DNA of 64,000 nt from Verrucomicrobiota bacterium. GTDB lineage: Bacteria; Verrucomicrobiota; Lentisphaeria; Lentisphaerales; Lentisphaeraceae. Below the pieces are notes generated by a model, which was given only the letters and a program-made list of their open reading frames with translations, searched no databases and was not told the DNA's origin. Where the stretch lies: positions 1 to 64,000 of the forward strand of contig JBDKFG010000012.1 of the NCBI GenBank assembly GCA_039798785.1, in the 5' to 3' direction. Position 1 is the first letter of the stretch, and each line of letters opens with the position of its first letter. Below are positions 38,265 to 48,175 of the stretch, piece after piece. Both the position numbers and the translations under genes were made by a program.

Positions 38265-40811
38265 TTAAATGCGTTTGAAGTCTGGGAGGCCCTGCAAATT
38301 GCTGGACCGCAGTGGAGTACCGGCGGAATTGATGATCCTGGTAGTGATCAGGAAGATAGTATTCTTCTTCTCAGACAAGGTGCCCTTGTTCTCGAAGAGG
38401 CGGCCGATAAGAGGTATATGGCGAATGTAAGGAATGCCGTCATCGACTTCAGTGACCCGCTCGCGGATCAAGCCCCCCATCATGACCGTCTCACCGTCCC
38501 AAATCTTGACCTTGGTCTCGATCGAACGACGATCCAAAATCGGCATGTCGAATCGCCAGTTCATCGGGAAGACCAAAACCCCATCGATGATCACGGCTTC
38601 GGGAGGCGTGGTGGGACCAGGCGGAACCGGGACGTTGACAATCTGGTTGAAGGTGACGTCATAGCCGATGAAATCGAGCATGGTCGGCTTGATTTCAACG
38701 TCAATGGTGTAGCCGTCCGGGTCAACTTGAGGTGTCACTTCAAGGACGAAACCAACGTTGGTTGCTTCGCCGAAGGTAGGAGATGAAGGAACGATCATCT
38801 GACCCTGGATTTCAGGCACTTCCCATTCTTTGGGGAAGTAGTGTTCCTCAATCACCCTGATGATCGCCGTGCTGCCACTGACGGTGGTGACCTTAGGAGC
38901 CGCCATGACGTTGTCAGAGTCGCGCTGATCCAAGGCACGCAGAATGGCCTGAACTTGCTGGTGACCGAAGACGATGTCGGCACCAAGCTGGGCGGGATTG
39001 TCGCGCGCAGCAAGGGAATTGACATCACGGATACCTGAATCGAGAGCCCCACTGCCATTGGCGGTACTTGAGTTGTTTTGGCTGAACAGCGCATCCCCTG
39101 TGTAGGGCTTCATGTCCCGCCCGCCGTTTGGAGAAGGTTCCGGAGCAGCTGCAGCACCGCCTGCACCGCCACCGACTGCAGGAACCGGGTTATCCAAGGT
39201 GGGATTCAGAGTCGATGTCGTGTAGCGATAGCTGAAGCCCAGTTCATCCAGCTTGTTAAAACGGGTTTCGATCATCTTGCTTTCGATTGAAACCATCGCA
39301 GCTTGGACGCTCAGCTGCTTCAAGATGTTTTCGACTAGGATCTGATTGTCTGCCGAGTTGGAGACGACCAGGCGGCTGACGTTGGGGACGTATTGGACCT
39401 TGGCGCCGACGGGAAAATCCACGCCTAGCTTCTTGAAATATCCGACCCAGTCTTTCTCTCCCTCGGCGCCACCTTCACGCGTGTTGACCACTTCAAGAAC
39501 ACCTGCAGGAATCGGGTAGAAGCGGGTGACCATATCATCAAAGGGGACGCCTTGCGCCGCGATGATGACCGCATGCTCCTCGATTTTGTAATTGTAATGA
39601 AGAGTATTGCAGATGTTTTTGATGATGTCCCCGAGGCGCATATCGTCGACTTCAAGAGTGACGCTGTCTGCAGAGCCTCCCTTGGCAGGGGCGGCAGGTG
39701 CGGCGGGAGCGGGAGCGGGCGCCTCCGCATCAAAGGCGGGCGCAGCGCCCTCTTCAGGCACCGGAACGGCGGCTTCTTCAACGGGGGCTTTGCCGCCATC
39801 GAGATTCAAGATGATATTCAAGCCCCGTTTTTCCGGATCAAGATCACGGCTCTTTTTGAAGAGGTCGCGAATGACATCCTCAATGCTTTCGTTCTCGTAC
39901 TTGATTTTGGGAACGACGATGTTGAGGACGCGGTTGATCTCGCCAACGCTGGAGTTGATGTTGATCTGGTGAGTCTCCCCCCGGACCGCATCCTTGGCAG
40001 CGCTGCTGTTGACAGGATCGAGCCAACGGTTGTCGCTCTCGGCATTCATTTCCGTGATGGTGTTGCGGTGCCGGAGCTTAGCCACTTCCCGCATGGCATT
40101 CGAGCAGCGGATCTTGAGATGCGTCGCCTCTTGGTGGAAGTTGTCATGAACAAAAACCTGGTCGAGCTTTTCCAACGCCTCAGAATAGCGGCGTTGGGCA
40201 AAGAGGATCTGAGCCTGTTGGAAGAGCACATCGGCTTCGCGGCGGGCGGCACCAGTGGCTTGGGCGAGGCTCTCCTGGCCCACTTCAGCCGCATACTCAA
40301 GGCGGCTGCGTAGAGCCTTGAGTTCGAAAATCTGCGGATCCAAAGTGGCTTTCAAATTCGGATCCAAGGTTTTGGCCTGATCCAACTTCCCGAGCGCTTT
40401 GTCGATATCGCCTGTCTTGAGATCAAGTCCGGCGGAGGAGCGCAGATTGACCGCCCAATCGGCATAGATCTGAGCCAGCTTGCGCTCTTCGACGACGATC
40501 GCCTCTTGACCATTGACGGTCGCAACCTGTTTCAATTTGGCAATCCCGGCAAGCTGCTGTTTCTCAGCCTCTTCAAAGCGCTGCAGCTTGCGCTGCTTCT
40601 CTGCTTCGGCAAAGTGCAGTCGGGCTTCCAGTTCGTAACCTTGACGACGGACTTGCTCCGCCACCTTGATCTGTTCTGACTGGGGATCCGCAGCTTCCTT
40701 TTGAGTGCCAAGAATGGCCTCGGCCACCTTGTCAGGGGAATCTGATTCTGCCGCGCAGAGCGGCAGCGCAGCGAGCAGGCCCGCTGAGTAAAGGAATCGC
40801 TTGTTGGACAT
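38265..40811 (-). CDS. Secretin paralog 2 (Amuc_1098-like)
   Basis: 'APKVTTVSGSTA', 'VGFVLEVTP', 'DGETVMMGGL', 'GIPYIRHIPLIGRLF'. Confidence 0.93.
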   Translation of the reverse strand: MSNKRFLYSAGLLAALPLCAAESDSPDKVAEAILGTQKEAADPQSEQIKVAEQVRRQGYELEARLHFAEAEKQRKLQRFEEAEKQQLAGIAKLKQVATVNGQEAIVVEERKLAQIYADWAVNLRSSAGLDLKTGDIDKALGKLDQAKTLDPNLKATLDPQIFELKALRSRLEYAAEVGQESLAQATGAARREADVLFQQAQILFAQRRYSEALEKLDQVFVHDNFHQEATHLKIRCSNAMREVAKLRHRNTITEMNAESDNRWLDPVNSSAAKDAVRGETHQININSSVGEINRVLNIVVPKIKYENESIEDVIRDLFKKSRDLDPEKRGLNIILNLDGGKAPVEEAAVPVPEEGAAPAFDAEAPAPAPAAPAAPAKGGSADSVTLEVDDMRLGDIIKNICNTLHYNYKIEEHAVIIAAQGVPFDDMVTRFYPIPAGVLEVVNTREGGAEGEKDWVGYFKKLGVDFPVGAKVQYVPNVSRLVVSNSADNQILVENILKQLSVQAAMVSIESKMIETRFNKLDELGFSYRYTTSTLNPTLDNPVPAVGGGAGGAAAAPEPSPNGGRDMKPYTGDALFSQNNSSTANGSGALDSGIRDVNSLAARDNPAQLGADIVFGHQQVQAILRALDQRDSDNVMAAPKVTTVSGSTAIIRVIEEHYFPKEWEVPEIQGQMIVPSSPTFGEATNVGFVLEVTPQVDPDGYTIDVEIKPTMLDFIGYDVTFNQIVNVPVPPGPTTPPEAVIIDGVLVFPMNWRFDMPILDRRSIETKVKIWDGETVMMGGLIRERVTEVDDGIPYIRHIPLIGRLFENKGTLSEKKNTIFLITTRIINSAGTPLRSSNLQGLPDFKRI

Positions 40812-40828
40812 CGGACAGCTCCTTTAAA

Positions 40829-43540
40829 TCAAAGACGCTTGAAGTCAGGAAGACCACGGATGTTGTTGTATCGGACGGGGATGCCGGCCGGCGTGATGAT
40901 CCGTGAAGTGACGAAGATCAGGAGATTGCGCTTCAAGGTGCGCGAACCTTTTGAGCTGAAGAGGAAGCCGAGGTAGGGAATGTCGCCGAGGTAGGGGATC
41001 TTGTCTTCGTAGGTCACGGTGTTGTCGCGGACCATGCCGCCCAAAGCCAAGGTTTCGCCGTCCCACAACTTCACCTTGGTTTCAACTGAACGAGTCTCAA
41101 AGACCGGCATTTCAAAGTGAGCGGTAATGCCACCGATGCCCGCGACGAAGATGTCGGAGTTGAAACGAGTGTCGTAATAGAGGAACTCCTTAACCTGAGG
41201 CTTGATTTCCAGATCGATGGAGTAGCCGTCAGGGTCGATGGTCGGAGTCACGGTCATGACCACGCCGATGTCAGTGGGATCGCCAAAGACCGGCTTCGAC
41301 GGGGTGATAGTCTGGACGGCTGTGCCGCCGTTGTTGCCGCCACCAGCGACGTCAACACCGGGCTTATCCCATTCGGTCGGGAAATACCGCTCCTGAACGA
41401 CTCGGATGACCGCTGTCTGGCCGCTCTGAGCGGTGACCTTCGGAGCATTCAGCACGTCTTTGTTGTCACGCTGATCCAAGGCACGGACCAGGGCTTTCAT
41501 GGTGTAGTCGCCAAGGACTACCGAGAAGCCCAAGATGCCGGGCGAGTAGTTGCCATCGGCGCCGACAGAGGTGGATGCGAGGACGCTGTTGAGATTGCGA
41601 ACCGAGGTGCCCAAACCGTCATTGGCAGTGGCTCCAGTCAGATCGCCGGTACGGTCGAAGAAGACGCCGTTGCCCAAGACCTTCGACAGAGAGGACTTGC
41701 CGCTGCCGTTGGCGTTGTAATTGCGGTCGATAGTCGTGGCATTCGCCTCCCTGCCGGCAAAGGCTGGTGATTGAATAGTACTGCCGGTGGCGCTGGTGAC
41801 CGTGCCGTTGATAGTGTCGCCATCAGCGACTTGGTTGATGTCCCACTGGAAGCCGAGCTCTTCCAGTTCGTTCTGAGCGATCTCTACGAATTTCGATTCA
41901 ATCACCACCTGCTGAGCAGTCGGAGTCAGCTGGTTGATGATCTGTTCGACTTTGCGGAGTTCTTCGGCCGTGTTGGTGACGACAAGACGGTTGACGGATT
42001 GGATGAAGGTAACATTGGCACCGGTATCGAACTTCACGCCGAAGTTGATGAAGTGCTGCCGGACGGCATCGCCGTCACCTCCTTCGCCGCCGCCAACGGC
42101 CGGATCGGCGGGAACTGCAGCTGGATCAGGCTCAGCACCAAGGAGATTGCCAGCCGTTTTAGTCGACTCAACCAGCTCAAGGAAGCCGGCGGGAACCGGG
42201 AAGAACTTGACTTCCATATCGAGGATTTGGACATCGGCACCGGCGATCTTCACCAAGTTGCCGTCGATCTTGTATTTCAGACCGGCATTCTGGCAGATGT
42301 AGCGAATCAGCTCACCAACCGGAATGTTGTCCAATTCCAGGCTGATCAAATGGCCTTCGGCAGGGGCCGCAGGAGCGGCGGGGTCCGCGGGAGCGGCGGG
42401 GTCCGCGGGAGCGGCGGGGTCCGCGGGAGCGGCGGGGTCCGCGGGAGCGGCGGGGTCCGCGGGAGCGGCGGGGTCCGCAGCAGCGGTGGGATTTTTCAGG
42501 CTCAAGATGATATTGATGCCTTTTTTCTCCGGATCTTGCTCGCGGGCGGCACGCTTGACTTTTTCAATCACCTCCTCAATGGTCAAGTTGTCATACTTGA
42601 CCTTGGGGATGATGATACTCTTGAATTTATCATTGATCGTCGCTTCGTCATTGTTGACAGGAATGGCAGTCTTGCCGGCATTCATGTTGGTAGGGACGGA
42701 AGTGGAGCTTGAGGGAATAGGTAGTGACCACTTCCACTCGACTTCAGCGACACGTTCTGCTACGACGCTTTCACGACGCAGACGGCCAGCTTCGCTGACC
42801 TTGAGATTGCAACGGCTGATGATTTGTGCGGCTTCGACGTTGTAGGGATCTTCGACGAGAACTTGCTCAGCGACTTCCTTGGCATCCATGAAACGCCGGT
42901 CAGAAAAGAGGATTTTGGCCTGATCCAAATTGACGTTCGCTTTTCGGCTCCGTTTAGCCTCTTCTTCCTTGTAGCCTTTGGCGCCTACGGCTTCGACCAG
43001 CTGAGTCTTCTCGGCAAGAGTCTGGAGCTTGGCGATGCGGAGCTCGAATTCCTGCTTGCGAGCAGGATTGGCTTCAATTGCAGCCTTCAAGGACTCGACG
43101 GCTTCGTTGAAAAGCTGGGTGCTGGTTTTTTCCCGGGCCGAAGTTTCCAGCTGGGTGGCGAGCTGAGACTGGACTTCCGAGATTTTCTGATTGGCGGACT
43201 GAACTTGCGCCAGGATGTCCGGAGCGTTGTTGGAGACAAGTTTGAAGTTCTGGATCGCGGCACGGTATTTCGAAGCGGCTTTTTTGTAGTCTCCGCTCTT
43301 GGCGGCGTCATCGCCTTCAGCCATTTCGAAGGTGGCCTTGAGCTTGTAGTGCTCTTTGTAAATGGCTTCATTCTTGCCGACCTGAGTGGCGGTCGCGGCC
43401 GAGGCCGCGGTGTCCTTGTCATTGCCGAGAAGCTTGTTGGCGACGGCGTCGGGGTTTTCCTGGGCGAACAGAGCGGGTGCCGCGAAGAGAGAGGCGGCAA
43501 CGCACTTGCTGAGGTTCTGGAGCAGCATGGATTCCATCAT
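40829..43540 (-). CDS. Secretin paralog 1 (Amuc_1098-like)
   Basis: 'LNAPKVTAQSGQTA', 'IGVVMTVTP', 'DGETLALGGM', 'KIPYLGDIPYLGFLF'; RBS GAGG. Confidence 0.93.
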   Translation of the reverse strand: MMESMLLQNLSKCVAASLFAAPALFAQENPDAVANKLLGNDKDTAASAATATQVGKNEAIYKEHYKLKATFEMAEGDDAAKSGDYKKAASKYRAAIQNFKLVSNNAPDILAQVQSANQKISEVQSQLATQLETSAREKTSTQLFNEAVESLKAAIEANPARKQEFELRIAKLQTLAEKTQLVEAVGAKGYKEEEAKRSRKANVNLDQAKILFSDRRFMDAKEVAEQVLVEDPYNVEAAQIISRCNLKVSEAGRLRRESVVAERVAEVEWKWSLPIPSSSTSVPTNMNAGKTAIPVNNDEATINDKFKSIIIPKVKYDNLTIEEVIEKVKRAAREQDPEKKGINIILSLKNPTAAADPAAPADPAAPADPAAPADPAAPADPAAPADPAAPAAPAEGHLISLELDNIPVGELIRYICQNAGLKYKIDGNLVKIAGADVQILDMEVKFFPVPAGFLELVESTKTAGNLLGAEPDPAAVPADPAVGGGEGGDGDAVRQHFINFGVKFDTGANVTFIQSVNRLVVTNTAEELRKVEQIINQLTPTAQQVVIESKFVEIAQNELEELGFQWDINQVADGDTINGTVTSATGSTIQSPAFAGREANATTIDRNYNANGSGKSSLSKVLGNGVFFDRTGDLTGATANDGLGTSVRNLNSVLASTSVGADGNYSPGILGFSVVLGDYTMKALVRALDQRDNKDVLNAPKVTAQSGQTAVIRVVQERYFPTEWDKPGVDVAGGGNNGGTAVQTITPSKPVFGDPTDIGVVMTVTPTIDPDGYSIDLEIKPQVKEFLYYDTRFNSDIFVAGIGGITAHFEMPVFETRSVETKVKLWDGETLALGGMVRDNTVTYEDKIPYLGDIPYLGFLFSSKGSRTLKRNLLIFVTSRIITPAGIPVRYNNIRGLPDFKRL
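42369..42476 (-). repeat. 18-bp coding tandem repeat x6 (ADPAAP)
   Basis: Unit GCGGGAGCGGCGGGGTCC on the plus strand, inside secretin 1. Confidence 0.95.
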
Positions 43541-43563
43541 GTTTGTTTCCTCTTTGCAGGCGT

Positions 43564-44622
43564 TCATTGTTTCTTCACAGGGCACTTGACGGCCGGCTTG
43601 GCGCCGACTTCACTCTCGGTCTTGTCTTCTTGGCAGAAGACCTTGGCGACAGACTTTTTCGCATCCCATTCACGGAGGATGAAATTCTGAACTTCGTTGT
43701 TGGGGCCTTTCAAGCTAAACTTCTCGCCGAGCTTGGTCAGGGCAAAACTGTGTTTGCCATTACTGAAATCAATCCGGAAGGCGTTCGGAGGGTCGATCCG
43801 ATTGCCAAGTTCCGCCTCGACCTGCTCCTTCTTGGCATTTTCGAAGGTCAGTTTCATCTTTTTGGTGTTCTCCGGATCGGTTTCGTCAACGGCGATGGCG
43901 GTAAGAGTATAGCCCAAGAGTTCGTCATCGGCAACAATCGGTTCGTTGTCCTCGATCGTCTTTGTCGTTTTTCTCTGCTTACCGCGATGGGTGAAGCTGA
44001 GCTGAACTTCCCACTTCTTAACTCCTCCGTCGACACGATCAATTTTAGAGACAGTAAACGGCAGGGGGCGCACCGGCGCCTTGACCGCAGAATAGAGAGC
44101 GATGAAAGGGGGGTGATCCTTGTCATCATCCACGCAGCCGGATTTACCCTCGAAAGTCATCAATTCATCGAAATTGGAGAAGCCGTCCTTGTCGCGGTCC
44201 TCGGCGGCGTCCTCGGGATTCTTGGGATCCAGGTTTTCCCGGATTTCAATTTCAGACGGGATCAAATCTTTATCCGGATCATCGCCACCCACAATCTCAG
44301 GTTTTAAGGTTATCGGAGTGTTGCACTTCTTGCAACGATCGGCGCCGCTGTTGACTAGGCTGGCGCAGAGAGGGTTGCGGCAGTAGACGTAGCCCGACCC
44401 ATCAAAGGAATCGCCATTTTCCTTGAGTTTGACGGAAGGGTCTGAGAACTCCTTGGCTTCGATTTTCTTAACGACTTCGGTGCCTTTCGGCTCAATGACA
44501 TCAAGAGGCTTCTGTTCCAAGTGGAAGGTCATTGCCAGAACGCAAGCGATGCAGACGCCGAGGAGGGCGATGATGCAGATGAGTTTTTCCAGGTGTTTGC
44601 TGATGAGTTCCTTCATGATCAT
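43564..44622 (-). CDS. Amuc_1099-like pilus system protein
   Basis: N-terminal TM, Cys cluster 'CRNPLC...CKKC', Ca-binding-like 'DPDKD...LDP...DRDKDGFSN..E'. Located immediately upstream of a secretin. Confidence 0.65.
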   Translation of the reverse strand: MIMKELISKHLEKLICIIALLGVCIACVLAMTFHLEQKPLDVIEPKGTEVVKKIEAKEFSDPSVKLKENGDSFDGSGYVYCRNPLCASLVNSGADRCKKCNTPITLKPEIVGGDDPDKDLIPSEIEIRENLDPKNPEDAAEDRDKDGFSNFDELMTFEGKSGCVDDDKDHPPFIALYSAVKAPVRPLPFTVSKIDRVDGGVKKWEVQLSFTHRGKQRKTTKTIEDNEPIVADDELLGYTLTAIAVDETDPENTKKMKLTFENAKKEQVEAELGNRIDPPNAFRIDFSNGKHSFALTKLGEKFSLKGPNNEVQNFILREWDAKKSVAKVFCQEDKTESEVGAKPAVKCPVKKQ

Positions 44623-45623
44623 TTGCCCTTCTGATCTTTTTTGAAGATGATCCAATCGACATTGATATCGGCTTCAAGCGTGGGCTTGTCGAAGGCCGGT
44701 GGGTTGGTCTCGTGCTTATCCGGTTCGGCGCTGGTTTTGGGGCTTTCTTCAGCCTTGGGGGCTTCAGGCTGCTTGAGCGCCTTCGGATCTTCTGGCGCCA
44801 CGGGCTGAGCGTCTCCCAATAAATTCCCCGGTGGCGGGCTCTTCTCTTTGGCGGCTTCCGAAGTGACGGCAGGGTATTTGTAGGTGGGGATGATGTCGGC
44901 CATCGATCCCTTGCCTCGAAACTCGACAAAGCTGATGCGAGAGTAGTAACCCTTTTCATTTGACAGCTGATTGATCAGCTTCTTCAGAGCTTCGGGACTG
45001 CCGACGAATTTGAATTGGAAAGTATGGAACTCCCAGGGCAGGCTCTTGTCCTTCTCGACACTGATGACCAGATCCTTGGGACGCTTGATGCTGAGAACCT
45101 TTTCGATTCCCGCAGCGGCGGCGTTCTTGAGGACATGCTCGACATAGTTGAGCTGCTGCAAGGCGACCTGGATCTCGGCGCCATTTTTATTCAAGATGTC
45201 CTTGCGTGTACCGGCAAAGGACAATTCATCCTTCGGATCGATTTCAAGCTGCTGTTTCTTCAGCTCCTTGACGATACGATCGACACTCAAGGTGATCGTC
45301 TGCTTGGCGGCGATCGGAGCAATGTCGGCCTTGACGTCCAAACCTTCGCTGTAGCTGGCGATGCGCTCCGCTTTGATCTTCTTCAATTCCTCGACGCGCT
45401 GTTCGGTGTTCTTCTTCTGGAGGTTGACGTTGCTGTCGTTCCTCACCTCGTATTCGAAATTGCTCAACGCCTTGTTGTTATCGGCGATCTGGGTCTTCTT
45501 GGCAATCAAGGATTCAATGTTGCTCTTGACGCTGAAATAGTACCAGGTGACACCCGCGGAGGCTACTAGTGTGACGGCATAGACGGCTATGACCGACTTA
45601 TAGTTTTTAATCACATCTTTCAT
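44619..45623 (-). CDS. Amuc_1100-like / PilO-like protein
   Basis: N-terminal TM, coiled coil, 'FQFKFVGSPEALKKLINQL' PilO-like motif; follows pilM. Confidence 0.65.
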   Translation of the reverse strand: MKDVIKNYKSVIAVYAVTLVASAGVTWYYFSVKSNIESLIAKKTQIADNNKALSNFEYEVRNDSNVNLQKKNTEQRVEELKKIKAERIASYSEGLDVKADIAPIAAKQTITLSVDRIVKELKKQQLEIDPKDELSFAGTRKDILNKNGAEIQVALQQLNYVEHVLKNAAAAGIEKVLSIKRPKDLVISVEKDKSLPWEFHTFQFKFVGSPEALKKLINQLSNEKGYYSRISFVEFRGKGSMADIIPTYKYPAVTSEAAKEKSPPPGNLLGDAQPVAPEDPKALKQPEAPKAEESPKTSAEPDKHETNPPAFDKPTLEADINVDWIIFKKDQKGK

Positions 45624-47410
45624 TTTTCGACCCTCCCGATGGAAGTCTCTAGAGCCAACTGGACCTCGAAGGAATTGAGGTTCAACTTTTGATCCGGTGC
45701 CGGGGAATAGCTAGAGCGGTCGCCACCGACGCTGCCGGTAAGAGGCTTGCTCGCCTCGCCGCGATCGTTGATGAACGGAGAATCCTTCTTATTGACGGCA
45801 TTATCCTTGAACACGTCGGTCATGATCTTGACGCTGCTGACGTCATCGATCTTGTCATCCATATTGATCCAGTAGCCGGAGACGGTGAGCCCGCCAACCT
45901 GGTCAGTTTCAGCCGCTTTGCCGACGCCTTTCTTGAGCGATTTTTTCGACGGCGCGGAGCCGACGATGGGTTTGGGTTCACCGATGATCGGCTTGATGCT
46001 GACCATCCACATCAGACGCGAGGGGATGGCCGCCTCGATTTCGTTGAGGACGGTGATCCATTCACTTCTCTGCCTAGCGAGCTCGCTATAGCATTGCATG
46101 TTCTTTTCTGTCGATGCAATCAGGTTATAGCCGTCGTTGATCTGAGTCATCCGGCGAGTGAAGGTCGAGCATTTCTGCTCGTTCTCCGCGATGTTGGACT
46201 CCAGCTGGCTCTGCTGCTTCATGCCAGCGAGGAGGAAGACTACCGGGATGAAGGCGAAAATGGCTGCCGAAATATAATAATAGGGGAGCTTGCCCTGGAC
46301 TTCCTTGTCGCGCTTGCTCTTCTCCGACAAAAGGGATATTTCGACAGGGCACTCGACGGTGCGCAGGGCAACCCCGACCACTTCGCTGTAAAGATGTGCC
46401 TTCTCTGCGAGACTCTGACGTTCAATCGTCGGAGCGAGGCGGACGATGGAGCTTTGGAAGGGGTTCAAGTAAGCCACATCAACCTTCAGCTTGTCTTGGA
46501 AGAAGGTTTCGGTGAAAGCCATGGTCGAGCTGCCACCCGTGAGGTAGAGCTTGACCGGCTTGTTGCCTTTCTGCTGGGTCTTGTAGATATTGATCGAACG
46601 GCTGATTTCGCCGTGGAGGCGGGTCATGACATTGCGGACAATCTTGGAGATGGTCGCCGCAACTTCCGACTCGGGCTCTTCATAGGCGCCGCCGAGAGCA
46701 ACGAAACCGTGGCGGCGCTTCAATTCCTCGGCCTCGTCGAGGCCGATGCCGAATTCCTTCGCGATCTGCTGGGTGATGGCGAAACCGGCGATGGGGATGT
46801 TGCGAGAAAAGAAATGCTGGCCGTCGCAGAAAATCAGATTTGAGCAACGCGAGCCGATGTTGAGGATCATGGCGCAGTTGTCGTCACCGATTCGGCTGGC
46901 ACGGGCGGCGTTGTAGCAGGACGAGGTGGCGATGTCGATGATGTCGACGCGCAGTCCGGCGGCCTCGACGGCAGAATTGATCTTCTCGACGATGTCCGAC
47001 TTGACCGCGACGAACATCACGTCCAGCTCTTCGTTGGGGTTGCCGATGAGCTGATAGTCCCAGATCACTTCGTTCATCTCGAAGGGGACATTCTGCTTGG
47101 CCTCGTACTCGACGACCTGCTTGATCTTCACCGGGTCATTGCCGACAGGGGGCAGCTTGACGAACTTGGTGAATGAGACTTGCGCGGAAAGGACGACGTG
47201 AGCCTTCTTGGCGGTGAAGCCGACGGTCTCTTTCAGCCTCTGGATGGCGCGAGTGACTTCTTCGATGCGGTTTTCTTCAGAGGTCTGGCTTTCGTATTCG
47301 GCGATGCCGAACTTCCGCAAGGTGACGTTCGAAGGGGAGATTTCGAATTCCCCGATTTTCAGGCTGGAGGAGCCGACATCAATGGCGAGGAGTAGGTCTA
47401 CTGAGGCCAT
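45620..47410 (-). CDS. pilM: PilM(-PilN) fusion, Amuc_1101-like
   Basis: 'IDVGSSSLK', 'EAKQNVPF..EVIWDYQ', 'LNIG', 'EAEELK', 'LYLTGGSS', then TM, coiled coil and PilN-like 'W..VLNEI...IP..MWM'. Confidence 0.9.
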   Translation of the reverse strand: MASVDLLLAIDVGSSSLKIGEFEISPSNVTLRKFGIAEYESQTSEENRIEEVTRAIQRLKETVGFTAKKAHVVLSAQVSFTKFVKLPPVGNDPVKIKQVVEYEAKQNVPFEMNEVIWDYQLIGNPNEELDVMFVAVKSDIVEKINSAVEAAGLRVDIIDIATSSCYNAARASRIGDDNCAMILNIGSRCSNLIFCDGQHFFSRNIPIAGFAITQQIAKEFGIGLDEAEELKRRHGFVALGGAYEEPESEVAATISKIVRNVMTRLHGEISRSINIYKTQQKGNKPVKLYLTGGSSTMAFTETFFQDKLKVDVAYLNPFQSSIVRLAPTIERQSLAEKAHLYSEVVGVALRTVECPVEISLLSEKSKRDKEVQGKLPYYYISAAIFAFIPVVFLLAGMKQQSQLESNIAENEQKCSTFTRRMTQINDGYNLIASTEKNMQCYSELARQRSEWITVLNEIEAAIPSRLMWMVSIKPIIGEPKPIVGSAPSKKSLKKGVGKAAETDQVGGLTVSGYWINMDDKIDDVSSVKIMTDVFKDNAVNKKDSPFINDRGEASKPLTGSVGGDRSSYSPAPDQKLNLNSFEVQLALETSIGRVEK

Positions 47411-47425
47411 GGTTTTCCCCTTGAA

Positions 47426-48106
47426 TCAGTTTTCGCGGCGGAAGGTGCGGGGGAAGACATCCTGCTGGGCGTGCTCCCAGGGGCTCTGCTCACGAGAGAT
47501 GAGGAGATTCTTAACCTCTGGCATGCCTTCTTTCTGGAAAGTCTCTTTGGTGAAGCCGGCAGGCAGCTTATCGGCCTTGTGGCCGTTGACCAGGAAGACG
47601 GAAATGGGGCGGCCTTTCTCGAGCAGCTTGGAGACGCCGTTGACGCGAAGCTGGAAGTCGATCACCATGTCTTTCAAGTTCTTGCCGTCGCCTAAATAGC
47701 GCTGCACATCAGTGGGATGAATCAGACAGCAAGCATAGTTCTTGCCCTCCTTGATGCCCCGGTAGTTCTCCGTGAAGCTGCTGCGGAAAAGAGTGCCTTT
47801 GACAGAGCCGGGAGCGAGAAGATTCCATGTCACCGACAAATCATCCAGCCAAAGGCCGGAAGGGGAAGCCTTGGTACCTGGAGCCGGAGTGATCTTGACG
47901 CTATATTCCGCCAAGAGAACCTGCCATTTCGACGTGCCGTTGACCTTGGCGATCCGATCCATGCTGGGCTCGGGGTTCAGGAGCTCTTTGATTTCGAGAC
48001 TCTCCACCGTGACTTCAACCTTGGGCTCTTTTGCCACTTGAGCATAAATGCTAGGTGCAATCAGAAAAAGAAGCGCAAAAGCGATCAGCTGCAAAAGAGT
48101 CTTCAT
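47426..48106 (-). CDS. Secreted Amuc_1102-like protein
   Basis: Signal peptide, 'KWQVL', 'WLDDLSVTW', 'LLISREQSPW'; first gene of the pilM operon; RBS AAGGAG. Confidence 0.6.
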   Translation of the reverse strand: MKTLLQLIAFALLFLIAPSIYAQVAKEPKVEVTVESLEIKELLNPEPSMDRIAKVNGTSKWQVLLAEYSVKITPAPGTKASPSGLWLDDLSVTWNLLAPGSVKGTLFRSSFTENYRGIKEGKNYACCLIHPTDVQRYLGDGKNLKDMVIDFQLRVNGVSKLLEKGRPISVFLVNGHKADKLPAGFTKETFQKEGMPEVKNLLISREQSPWEHAQQDVFPRTFRREN

Positions 48107-48147
48107 CGGCATTCTCCTTTATGTGTGTCGGGCGTACCCGGTTGATC

Positions 48148-48175
48148 ACTGTACTTCGCTTATGACGGCGGTCAA
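48148..48175 (-). promoter_or_regulatory. Possible sigma70 promoter of the pilus-like operon
   Basis: TTGACC-16 nt-TACAGT on the minus strand. Confidence 0.3.

Noticed and set aside
34783..48106. Calling the operon a complete T2SS/T4P system
   Set aside because: No assembly ATPase, PilC/GspF platform or prepilin peptidase is present in the window; these must lie elsewhere if the system is functional.
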